From an uncultured Planctomycetota bacterium (lineage in GTDB: Bacteria > Planctomycetota > Planctomycetia > Isosphaerales > Isosphaeraceae): 64,000 nucleotides of DNA. Location of the stretch: NCBI GenBank assembly GCA_963737655.1, contig CAVTTN010000002.1, positions 3,584,001 to 3,648,000 of the forward strand. The letters are read 5' to 3'. Made by a program: the position numbers and the translations under genes. The notes under the pieces were generated by a model. That model saw only the letters and a program-made list of their open reading frames with translations. It searched no databases and had not been told where the DNA came from. Below, piece by piece: positions 20,267 through 30,680 of this stretch (positions are counted from its first letter, which is position 1; each line of letters begins with the position of its first letter).

Positions 20267-22715
20267 GGGTCCTTGGCGAACCAGGCGTCGATTTGCCATT
20301 GGTCGATCCCTTGATAAAGGTGGTCCGCCGAGTCGCCGGGGCCTTTCAGGCGGGTCCGGTAGGCGTAATGGTCCTGGAGCTGCCAGAGGGGGATGATCGG
20401 CAGCTCGTCGCGGCATTCGCGGTCGATCTGCTTGACCAGCTCCCTCGCCGTGTTCAATTCCGGGGCGTGTTCCAGCTGCAAGAGGAGCTGCAAGATCCTC
20501 GGGCTGGAGATCGAGGCCAGGGCCTCGGTGTCGCTCGGGGCGTCGTAGCCGGGGCAGAGGATCGGGCCGACCTCGTGGAGGGGTTCGACGCAATGGTTGG
20601 CACGATACGCCAGGTCGAACCGCTTGCCGGAACGGAGCGCCTCCTCCAGCTCGGACTCCGGCCGCTCCACCAGGGCGATCTCGACCCCGCAATCGCGGAG
20701 CATCTCGGCCAGGCGGGGGGCGGCGACCTGGGCCTCGGGGATCGCCGGGTATTCCAGGGTGAGCTTGATCGGCCCGATCTTCATCTCGGTCTTGCCGGCG
20801 GCGATCAGCATCCGCGACAGGCCGAGGTCATACGGATACGGCTTCACGCCGGCGGCATTGGCGTAGCTGTCGGTGGCGAAGGGGCCGTCGGACGGGGTAT
20901 TGGCCTCGTCGGTCGCTCGGTGGAGGATGTTCTCCTCGAGGATCAGTCGGCGGTCGATCGCGTAGGCCAATCCTCGGCGGATCGAGCGGTTGCGGAGGAC
21001 GGGGTTCCGCCCGTCCAGGGCCAGGCAGTGGAGGCTCGGGTGGTTGTAGGTGCCGACCTTGATCTCGGCTTCCTGGCGGAGGGCCGGCACGCGGTCGGGC
21101 GCGACCCGCTCGACCATGGTGACCTCGCCGCGGACCAGGGCGCCGAGGGCCTCCGAGGCGTCCTTCATCCGCACTTCCTTGATCCGCTTGACCTTGGCCG
21201 TGGCGTTGGCCGGGGCGGAGTGATAGGCGGCCGAGTTCTCCGATTCCGAGACGGAGATGAACGGGCCATCGCCGACGGGCTGGCGCTTGCCGTCGGCGGA
21301 GGAGACGCGGCCGTCCCACGCGGCATGGGCCGGGCCCACCGGCTTGAGCAGCCAAGACTCCGGCCGAAGCACCGGGCGGGTCAGGCGGACGCTGACCTGT
21401 TGCTCGTCGGTGATCTCGACCCGGTCCAGAAGGTCCGCCCATCGCGCCGAGTAGCCGGGCGAGCGGGGTTGGGCTCGATCCGACAACGCCCGGACCACGT
21501 CGATCGCGCCGACGGGCCTCGTCCCGTCGGACCAGACGGGCCCTTGTCGGAGCTTGATGTCGAGTTTCTTGCCGATCTCGCTGGTCTCCAGCCCCGAGGC
21601 CAACTGGGCGAGGTTCTTGCCATGGACGGCGTCCTCACTCTCGTCGGCGAGGATGGGCAGGTACAGGAGCTTGGTGACGCGCGCGGCGGCCGGGGAGCGG
21701 ACCCAGGGCGCGGCGGGACGAGGCAGGTCGAGCACGGCCACGTCGAGCGTCGGCATCGCTTTGAATGCCTCGGCGTACTTCTCGGCGGCCCCCTCGAAGG
21801 TCGGCCAGACGCGTAGGGCCTCGGCCAGCTTCTCCACCCGCTCGTACCCGTCGCGCTTCATGGCGTCGTCCACCAGGTTCTTCGCCCTGGTGTTGAAGCG
21901 GTTCTTGACCTCGACGACGATGAGGTTCTTGGGCGAGATCGTCTCCAGCTCGTGGAGGATCTTCCGGGCGTAGCCGAATTGCCCCTTCTCGAAGGCGTCG
22001 TTGATCCGCCCGCTGTATGCCTGGGCGAGTTTGTCGGCCAGGCCGGGGTAATCGGGCTTGCGGGAGCTGAGCTCGCGGAGGAGGCGGACGCCCTTGTCCC
22101 GGTCCTGGTCCAGAAGGGCCCAGCGCCCTCCTCGAAGAGGAGCTTCTCGACCCGTTCCTCCAGGCCCTTCCACTTGATGTTCTGGTCCTTGACTCTCAGG
22201 AGGTGCTCGAAGGCCCGGCCGAACTCCTTCATGAGGATCAGGCGATCGACCTCGGCCAGGAGCAGGTCTTCGAAGTAGTCGACCTTCTTGATGCTGGTCT
22301 TCAGGATCTTGAAGTCGCGAAGGTCCCCCTCCGTGAGGTGGATGATCATGTCTTCGGGGATTTCTTCCTTCTTGCTGTCGCCCTTCTGCTTGCCGATCGT
22401 GGCCGTGTTGTCGCGCGGCCCGCTCGGCGTGGTGCCGACGGTCCTCTTGGCCTTGGCTTTGGTCGGGTCGTAGGGCGGCAGGGGTCGCTCGGGCCCGACC
22501 GGCTCGATGATCCAGACCGTGTTATCGATCAGGGTCAGGCGGTCGAACGGCTCGGCCTTCAGCAAGTCCGTCGGCATGGCGCCGGAGGCCGGCTTGGCGG
22601 TGACCGGGCCTTGCTGGCCCAGGCCCGGGCGGACCGCGAGGAGGCTCACGGCGAGGACGATCGCGGACCCGGCGAAGGCGGCGAGCGGCCGGGTCAGGCG
22701 CGGGAGGACTCTCAT
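20260..22715 (-). CDS. ABC transporter family-5 substrate-binding protein with TPR-like N-terminal extension (frameshift near 22122)
   Basis: WSDGTRPVGAIDVV, GDGPF, IRRGLAYAIDR, ELPIIPLW. Confidence 0.8.
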
Positions 22716-22791
22716 GGGAGCGTCTCGGGGTAGCGGGTTTCGACCGAGAGAGGGGACGAGGGGAATGCGGATCGAGCCGGCCCGGAGGGTG

Positions 22792-25700
22792 TCAGGGCTG
22801 GGCGACCTTCTCCCCCTTGGCATCGAGCACGCGATAGGTGCCGGGGGCGGTCGGGACGAGGAAGTCCGGGCCGTCGGTGTTCAGCCCGGCCGTGGGCTGG
22901 ATGCCCAGATCGACCCGGTCCATGCCCGAGCCGTCGGTCATCGATCGGCGCTGGAGGGCGCCGTCCCGGCTGAGGAACCAGAGCGCGTCGTCCTTGAGGA
23001 TCGGCGGGCCGAGCGGGGGCGGGTCGCGGAGGTCGACCGACCAGGAGCGTTGACCCTCGGGGCCGAACGACATGACCCCGCCGGCCGCGTCGATCAGGAC
23101 CACGCTGCCGCCCACGGGCGACGGTCCCAGGGCCCGGGGGGCGTCCAGGGGCCAGCTCCCGAGGGGGACGAGGTCCCGCCCCGAGTATGAGTGGACCTTG
23201 CCGTCGGCCGTCGCGATGATGATCGCCTGCTCGGTGGCCGCCGGGTCGGCGATGATCGCACTCCGTAGGTCCACGACCTCGCCGACGATCCCGAGCTTGA
23301 CCCGGGGTTCGGTGATCTTGGCCAGCCGGCGGAGCCGCCCGGTCTCGTCGGCGAGGATGACCGCGTCGTCGCTCAGGCGGATGGGGTCCTTCCACTTCGT
23401 CGGCTTTTCGCGGTCGAACGGCGGGACGTAGGGCTCGGCCTTGCTCTGCCCGGTCCGGGGATCGACGAGGTAGACGCGGCCGTCGAGGCCCGGGGCGAAG
23501 AGGTCCGTCCCCCAGAACAGGGGGGCGGCCCCCAGGGGCGCGGGCAGGTCCACGCGGCGGAAGTCGGCCGTGCCGCTGGTCTCGCGGACGAAGACGTGGT
23601 CCGCGTCGGGCGCGGGCACGACGACCGTGAGCCCGCCGGATTCCAGCCGGCGAATCGGCGTGGGGTCGAAGTAGAGGTAGCCGGGCTTCTCCAGGGGCAT
23701 CTGGACGAAACCGCCCTTGGTCAGGGTCTCCCGGGAAATGGTCAGGAACCGGCCGTCGGCCGACAGGCAGGAGAGGCCGCCGTCGGGCTGGGCCGTCGGG
23801 ACGAGCGGCCAGGCCGCGCCCAGGACGGTCTGCCAGACCACGGCGTCGGCCGCCCGGCGGGCCGAGAAGTTCACGCCCCAGACCGCCACGCCGGGCCGGT
23901 CGAGATAGCTCTGGGTGAGGACGCCGAGACGGTCGGCCGCCTGGATCGGCGCCAGGGCCGTCCCGGCCTTCTCGGCGGTCCAGGCCGGGGCGATCGTTCC
24001 CTGTTCCTGGTTCAGCTCGAACCGTCCGGCCCGGTACGACGCCAGCCAGAGTTCCCGCTCGGTCCGGCAGCGGAGGAAGGCCGGGCCGGAGGGTCGGGCA
24101 TCGGGCACCGTGGCGGCGATCAGGACGAGCGGCTTCTTCGCGTCGGAGCTGAGCGCGAAGGCGGTCAGCGACCCTCGGTCGGTCAGCGACCAGACGACCG
24201 AGCCTTGAGTGGCGGGGGGCTCCAGGTCCAACCCTGGATGGGTACGTCCTGGACCAGCCGGATCGTCGAGCCGAGGCCGCCAACGGGTGCCGGGGGCGCC
24301 GCGGCGCTCCCTTCCTCGGCGGCCGGGGGCTTGGGCGTGTCCAGGACGAACACCGACCATTTGCCGTCGAGCAGGGAGCTATTCTGGGGGACGATCAGGT
24401 AGCGATCGACCCGAACCGGCGCAGGGGATCGAGCCGGGGGAGTGGCCGAGGTATTGCACCGAGGTGCAGGCCATCGTCTCCCGCGAGATCACGAAGACCA
24501 CGTCGCGGTCGGCCGCGATGTAGAGGTGCTCGCCGGATTCGTCGGTGGCGGGCGTCCGGGCGGCCCCTCGGCCGAGGTTGACCGATCCCTTCAACGCGCC
24601 GGTGGAGAGTTCGATCAGGAGGAGCTTGCCGCTGGGCGTCAACTGGGCCACCTGGTTGCCCAGGACCAGCGGCGGGCTGTTGATCGGCTCGTTGGTGGCC
24701 TGCCTCCAGAGCATCTTGCCGGTCCGGCCGTCGTACCGGACGAGCTCGCCGTGGCGGGTGTCATACACGAGGCAGGTCGGTGGGGAGCCGGGCACCGACA
24801 CCGGGGGGAACGGGGCCGAGAGGCCGACTGGCAAGTGCCAGAGAGGCGCGCCGTTGGTCCCGTCCAGGGCGTAGGCCAGGCCCTGGGCCATCGCGTAGAC
24901 CACCGGGCCGTTGGGGGTCGGCGCGGCGGTGGGGTCCTTGCGGAAGACCAGGGACGTCGGCGGACCGAGCGGGTCGGGATGCGGCGAGGTCTCGGCGGGT
25001 CGGCCGCTGGGATCGAACTTCACGTTCTTCTGGATCAGTTCGTTCGCCTGGGTGAGCCGGCTGACGACGTCCTTGTCGGTCGCGAAGTCGCGGAAACGGC
25101 CGACCAGGGCGTCTCTCGTCGCGTAGATCGCGTCGGCGGAGCCGGCCTTGATCGCCGCGTCCATGTCGGCCAGGGCCTTGGTCCGGACCTCCGCCTTCTG
25201 GACCGAGGCGCGGGCCTCCGTGAGCTTCTGGGGCAGGAGCGATCGGCCCCGGAGTGCCAGGGCATTGTTCCCGGCCACCTTGTCGTGGAGGACGACGGCG
25301 GCCTCCATCTCGCTCATCATCGTCTTGGCGTCGTCCAGGGCGTAGCGATCGGCCGAAACCTTGGCCCGCTCGGCCAGGCCGACCGCCGTCTTCAGGACGA
25401 GCTCGGCGAGGTTGGCCGCGTCGGTCTCATACGCCTCCCCCTCGTTGCCGACCTTCTTGAGCATCTCCTTCTCGGCGGTCAGCGCGGCGGTCCAGTTCGG
25501 CGTGCCGGAGACGTGCTGTTCCACGTTGCACAGGGCCCGGCGGACCCTGGCCTTGCTCGCTCGGGCCTCGTGGGGGAAGGAGTCGAGGAACAGGTCGTAG
25601 TCGCGGAGGGCCGTCACCCAACTCTTGTTGGTGAAACTCTCGTTGGCCGTCATGTACATCCGGTCGGCCGTGGTCCGGCGGATCACGGTGAACAGGCTGA

Positions 25701-26283
25701 TCCCGATCGCGATGAGCGCGACCAGCGCCACGGCCAGCGCGAGGACCAGGGGCGAGCTGGCGATCTTCTCCTCGCCGGGCCTCTGGTCCTTGGCGAGCAG
25801 GACGTTGATGAACTTCTTGATCGGGCCGGGCGGCCTGGGCGGCAGGACCGGGGCGGTGGGCTTGCCCGTCGGCCCGCCGAGGGTGGCGGCCGAGGTCCCC
25901 TTGGCGGATGCCGCCGAGGGACGCCCCGCCGCCGCCTTCGCGGCCTTGGACTGGGCCTGCTCCCGGGTCTTGTCCGGGTCGGCCGGGCCGTCGTCGGCGT
26001 TGGCGAGGAAGATCCGGTACTGGCCGACCCGGATCTCGTCGCCGTCGCCGAAGCTGGCGGCCACGACCTTCTTGCCGTTGAGCACCAGGGCGTTGGCCTC
26101 GGGGAACGCCTCGGCCTTGAATTTCCCGCCCTTCCACCGCAGGCGGCCGTGGAACGGCAGGGCCTGCGGGTCGTCCACCACGACGTCGCACTTCGGGTCC
26201 GAGCCGAACAGGGCCGTGTGGTCCCGAGAGATCGTCACGTACTCGACTCGGCCTTGGCCGTCATGAACTTCTAGGGTCGCCAT
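22792..26283 (-). CDS. FHA + TM + TPR-like + PQQ/BamB-like beta-propeller protein (frameshifts near 24418 and 24215)
   Basis: N-terminal FHA-like domain, one TM helix, repeated ALDGTNGAPLW / YDGRTGKMLW propeller blades. Confidence 0.78.
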
Positions 26284-26397
26284 GCTCGGGAGGACGCTCT
26301 CGGGTGACGGGTCGTGGTGTGGGCTCTCTCGGTCGCGGACTTCGGGCGGAATGCGACGGGCTGCCGGCCGCTCCGAGAACGGCCGGCGGGGGACGGC

Positions 26398-27405
26398 CTA
26401 CCTCGACAGCATCTCCTGGCCGACGACGCTGAACGTGTAGCCGGAGCCGCTGGGGACGACGCGGAACTGGGTCCGGCGGATCTCGGCCGGCACCTTGCCC
26501 TTGTACTTGTATTCGAGCTGCGCGAGCTGCTCCTCGACGGCCGCCGGGTAGATCGTGAGGATCAGGTTGCCGACGTTCAGCCCGGCCTGCTTCAAAAGGG
26601 CGATGTCATTGGCCTTTCTCGCCCCGCCGGACCAGGTGAAGTACAGCCGCTTCTCCGCGTTGAACTTGCTGACCAGGACGACTCGCTTGATCGGGTCGCC
26701 GGTGAAGTTGGTCACGAGCGTCAGGGCGTTGCCGCCGGCCGGGACGGCGAGCTCGACGTTCAGGGCATCAAGCTGGCGGGCGTACTCGCCGGCCGCCTGG
26801 CCGGGCGGGTAGGTGATGACCCATCGGAGCTCGCGAGAGACGCCCGTCCCGCCACTCCCACTGCCTCGGCCGAGCATGGTGTTGCCGGTGGACGAGGAGG
26901 GAACGCCGCTGGACACCGCCGAGTTGCTGCGGACCGGCGAGGAGCTCGTCTCTGCGCCTTCGCCCAGGTCGGCGTCGGCCGATTCGGCCATGGCGTCGAT
27001 CGCCGCGGAGCTGGTGGCCTGGACGCTCGGCTCCTCGAAGTCGCTGGAATCCTCGAACGGCGTGGCGCTGGAGGCCGGGCCGGTTTGCGGGGCGCCGTTG
27101 CTGAGGTCGAGCTGGCCGGCGGCATCGTCTCCGCCTCCGCCTCCCAGGTCCTCGCCGTTGCCGTAGACCTCGACCAGCTCCACCTTGGCCGGCACCGGGG
27201 CGGCGTAGCCCTGATTCATGAAGTTGATCAGCCAGAGCCAGCCGACGATGAACGAGGCCCCGAGGACCAGCGACATCAGCATCGAAGTGATGCGATCGTA
27301 GGCCGATTCGCCGTGGATCAGCGGTTCCAGGCTGTTGACGGATTCGGCCGAGGGGCCGGCGGGCGTCTTGGGGGTCGCGTCGTCGGTGTCGTGGTTGAGG
27401 TCCAT
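26398..27405 (-). CDS. Membrane-anchored hypothetical protein with acidic/Gly-Ser linker
   Basis: One N-terminal TM, low-complexity linker, globular C-terminal domain. Confidence 0.7.
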   Translation of the reverse strand: MDLNHDTDDATPKTPAGPSAESVNSLEPLIHGESAYDRITSMLMSLVLGASFIVGWLWLINFMNQGYAAPVPAKVELVEVYGNGEDLGGGGGDDAAGQLDLSNGAPQTGPASSATPFEDSSDFEEPSVQATSSAAIDAMAESADADLGEGAETSSSPVRSNSAVSSGVPSSSTGNTMLGRGSGSGGTGVSRELRWVITYPPGQAAGEYARQLDALNVELAVPAGGNALTLVTNFTGDPIKRVVLVSKFNAEKRLYFTWSGGARKANDIALLKQAGLNVGNLILTIYPAAVEEQLAQLEYKYKGKVPAEIRRTQFRVVPSGSGYTFSVVGQEMLSR

Positions 27406-27439
27406 GTCACGGTCCTCCGGGGACGAACGGTCCGAACGT

Positions 27440-27463
27440 GTCTCGGTCTCGGTCTCGGTCTCG
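27440..27463. repeat. Hexanucleotide microsatellite (GTCTCG)x4
   Basis: Directly visible in the intergenic region. Confidence 0.8.
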
Positions 27464-27466
27464 ATA

Positions 27467-29152
27467 TCAGTTCTGGCCGGGGGTGGCCGCGGGGGCGGCG
27501 GGGGCCGCCGGGGTGCCGGGCTTTTCCAGGACGAGGTCGGGGGCGTCGAGGTCCGGCGGCTTGACCGTCTCGAACCACTGCTGCCACCGCTTGGCGGCGG
27601 CCAGGCGCTCGGCGGCGTTCGCCCCGGGGGCCGGTCCGAATCCTTCGAGCTTCCGGCTGAGCACTTCCAGGCCGACTCTAGCGGCGGTCACCACGCCGTC
27701 GTCCGAGTCCAGCAGCGCCTTGATGAGGACCGGCGCGGCGTCCAGGTCGGCCATCCGGCCCAGGCCCCACGCGGCGACGACTCGCTGGTCGCCGTTGGGC
27801 TCGGAGAGCATCTTGCGGAAGCGGTCCTTGTACGGCCGGAGGATCTTCGGGCCTTCCTTCTGGAACTTCTCTTCCAGGCCGGCGATGGCCGAGTCGGAGT
27901 TCTTGACGTCATTCAGGGCGGCGAGCATCCCGTCGATCGCGCCTCCCATCGGCTTGACCGAGACGCGGCCCCCGGGGCCGATCTGCACGTTCTCCAGGTT
28001 CGCGGGGAGCTTGCGGTTGCCGACCTGGGTGCCGGCGGCGAGCTTGCGGAGGTCGATCTTCTTGACCGAGATGGTCGTCGCCTTCACGCCGAAGAGGACG
28101 GCCCAGCAGGTGTTGGGCACCTGGTTATGCTGGGCGTTCCACGAGCCGTCGCCCCCCTGGTTGGAGAGGACGAACTGCATCCCCCGGCCGTACCAGTCCA
28201 TCGCCCCCATCACCTTGTCATTGCGGGAGAGGGCGACCATGCGCTCCATCCCGTAGAGGGCGTAGTACGGCGACTGACCCATGATCGGGTCCTTGCTGAT
28301 CTGGAACGACCGTTGGAGCCAGCCGATCCCGCGGTCGATCCCGCTATTGATCGAGGCGGCGGCGGTCTCGACCTTGTATCTCGAGACCAGGGGCTCGCCG
28401 TTGGTGTCCACCGGCGTCATCAGCGGGTTCATGAGGTCCTGGCCCTTGCGATGCTTGGCCAGGAGTCCTTGACAGAGGTAGAGGCTGCCGACGCCCGCGG
28501 CGCTCATGGAGATGGTCTCGGGCCACTGGGTCTCGTCCCGGTGGTAATTCCAGCTCCCGCCGGAGGTCTGGACGCTCAGGAACCAGCTCGCGGCGCGGTC
28601 CCACACGCGGGGAGGGATCAGGACGCCGGCGCCGTCGGCCTCCCAGAGCCCGAGCAGGGCGTACTGGCTCATCGAGGTGTCGCCGGCCGTCCGGTGCGAA
28701 TAATCCCAGCCGCCGTTGCCGAGCTGGCTGTTGATCAGGTAGTTAGCGACGGCCTCGATCTGCGGCTTGTAGCCGATGTAATCGATGTTCGCCAGGGCGA
28801 TCAGGGTGACGGCGGCCTCGTACTTGTTGGCGCCGTCCTTCATCTGAGGGGTGTACCGGTTGTCCTGGCCGAAGCACTCGCCGATCTTGGCGAGGCAGGC
28901 GACCAGGGCCGGGTCATTGACCGGGACTTCCGCCTTGTACAGGGTCAGGGCGGTGAAGGCGGCCTCGCCGGTCTCCATCTCGCCGATCTTCGACTTGAGA
29001 TAGTTCAGGCCGTTCTGCACCGTCGGCGACGACGAGGGCAGGGCGCCGGGGATCACGATGTGGCCCTTTTCCTGATACGGGGGCCCCGCCATCGCTTGAG
29101 ACCCGACGGCCAGGACGGCCGCCGTGGCGGCCAGGCTGAGGAAGCGTCTCAT
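27467..29152 (-). CDS. Secreted prenyltransferase/squalene-cyclase-repeat protein with C-terminal HEAT repeats
   Basis: QLGNGGWDY, QTSGGSWNY, QGGDGSW repeats; AAWGLG...LIKALLD HEAT-like segment. Confidence 0.82.
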   Translation of the reverse strand: MRRFLSLAATAAVLAVGSQAMAGPPYQEKGHIVIPGALPSSSPTVQNGLNYLKSKIGEMETGEAAFTALTLYKAEVPVNDPALVACLAKIGECFGQDNRYTPQMKDGANKYEAAVTLIALANIDYIGYKPQIEAVANYLINSQLGNGGWDYSHRTAGDTSMSQYALLGLWEADGAGVLIPPRVWDRAASWFLSVQTSGGSWNYHRDETQWPETISMSAAGVGSLYLCQGLLAKHRKGQDLMNPLMTPVDTNGEPLVSRYKVETAAASINSGIDRGIGWLQRSFQISKDPIMGQSPYYALYGMERMVALSRNDKVMGAMDWYGRGMQFVLSNQGGDGSWNAQHNQVPNTCWAVLFGVKATTISVKKIDLRKLAAGTQVGNRKLPANLENVQIGPGGRVSVKPMGGAIDGMLAALNDVKNSDSAIAGLEEKFQKEGPKILRPYKDRFRKMLSEPNGDQRVVAAWGLGRMADLDAAPVLIKALLDSDDGVVTAARVGLEVLSRKLEGFGPAPGANAAERLAAAKRWQQWFETVKPPDLDAPDLVLEKPGTPAAPAAPAATPGQN

Positions 29153-29272
29153 GGGTCGAAGACCTTCAAGAGGTGAGGGGGCGAACGCCCATCCGTCAAG
29201 AATTCTATCCGAGCGGTCTCCCCGACGCGAGAGCATGCAAGCGAGAAAGCGCGAATTCTCCGTCGAACGGGT

Positions 29273-30094
29273 TCACTTTCGGAGCGGACGGACCTCAAAC
29301 TTGCGGAAGACGATCTCCGCGCCCTCGGACTGGAGGAGGATCTTGCCCTCGGTCACGCTGGCCTTGGTGCCGACGTTCACGACCAGGCCGTTGACGAGGT
29401 TAGTGATCGAATCGCCGTCGCAGACGACCTCCATCCGGTTCCACTGGCCGACGGGATTCTCCACGTCATTCTTGCCGCGAAACCCGAGGACGTCCATCCA
29501 TTGCGGGTCCCGGCCCCACCAGTTGAACCGGCCAGAATCACGGGTCTGGGCCATCCCGCCTTTCTCGTAATAGGGCTGGCCGTCGGGCCCGGGGCGGACC
29601 TCGCAGGTCAGCTTCGGCCGGGTCCGGCCGCCGACCATCAGGAGGTCGCCGCAACCCCCCTCGATGATCTGGCACTCGATCGACTCGTACCAGCCGTTGC
29701 CGGCGGCGCCGTCGGCCCCGACTCCGTGGAGGAGGATGCCGGAATCGCGGGCGTTCTTCTCGCGAGGGGGCCAGGTCTTGCCGCCCCATCGCCACTCGAC
29801 GACGAGGTGATAGTCCCGGAAGTTGCCGCAGGTGGAGAGCCCGCCGAATTCCTCGCCGGAGAGGACGATCTGGCCGTCCCGGACGGCGATGACCCCCCGG
29901 GGATCGGCGTAGCCGTGGTCCCGAGTGAAGCGGTAGAAGCCCGTGAGGTCCTTGCCGTTGAAGGCGAAGATCGGCTCGCCCGAGGCGATCTTCGGGACGT
30001 CGCGGGCGAACGCGGGGACCTCGGGCCCGTCGGGAGGACGGGCGGGCGTCAGGGCGATCAGGACGACGAGCCAGGGGGGGACGCGGGTCGGCAT
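29273..30094 (-). CDS. DUF1080 (3-keto-disaccharide hydrolase-like) protein
   Basis: FNGKDLTG, RDSGIL, IECQI, GQWNRMEV, LQSEGAEI. Confidence 0.9.
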   Translation of the reverse strand: MPTRVPPWLVVLIALTPARPPDGPEVPAFARDVPKIASGEPIFAFNGKDLTGFYRFTRDHGYADPRGVIAVRDGQIVLSGEEFGGLSTCGNFRDYHLVVEWRWGGKTWPPREKNARDSGILLHGVGADGAAGNGWYESIECQIIEGGCGDLLMVGGRTRPKLTCEVRPGPDGQPYYEKGGMAQTRDSGRFNWWGRDPQWMDVLGFRGKNDVENPVGQWNRMEVVCDGDSITNLVNGLVVNVGTKASVTEGKILLQSEGAEIVFRKFEVRPLRK

Positions 30095-30137
30095 CGCGAG
30101 CGGCCTCGGGGCGGTCGGCTCCGCCCGGACGATCGGG

Positions 30138-30422
30138 TCAACGCCTCAAAATCTGGTAGTTCGCCCCTTGAGACTTGCAGAGTGCCTCGACCTTCGACAG
30201 GAGACCGTCCTCGGGACAGGCGATCGAGAGGACCATCCCCTGACCGCCCTCGATCCGGTCCGGAGGGGTGATCCCCAGTTGATTGTTGGGGATTCCCAAA
30301 GCCGTGAGGAACTGGATGGCCGAGTTCCCCTGGGCCGAGTTGGGGAAGAACGCGACCACTCGCGGCGAGGTGGGGGCGTCGGAGGGCTTGACCTTGCCGG
30401 GGCGGATCTGCGGGACTTCCAT
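30138..30422 (-). CDS. Small hypothetical protein
   Basis: 94-aa ORF with coding-like composition, co-oriented with neighbours. Confidence 0.65.
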   Translation of the reverse strand: MEVPQIRPGKVKPSDAPTSPRVVAFFPNSAQGNSAIQFLTALGIPNNQLGITPPDRIEGGQGMVLSIACPEDGLLSKVEALCKSQGANYQILRR

Positions 30423-30680
30423 CGGGGAGGCTCTCCGTCAAGTCGAGGACGCGGTCGGGTCCGCGCGTCTCCCCAGAGTGTGCCCGATCCGAGGCCGAGC
30501 CGCAATCCCGCAGGTTTCGCGAAATGCCTTCTGCCCGGCAGGGGGTGTCGCTCCCGAATCTGGAGTTTTTTCGGGTGCCCCCGGTTCTCGAACCGGGGGC
30601 ACCCCAGAAATTCCAGATTCCAGAGCTATACCCCCCGGCAGGACGGATCGAACCGGGGGCCTCTCGGCCTCCCTGACGCC

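Noticed and set aside
27467..29152. Squalene-hopene cyclase call
   Set aside because: Has QW-like repeats but no DXDD catalytic motif, and carries a signal peptide and HEAT repeats.
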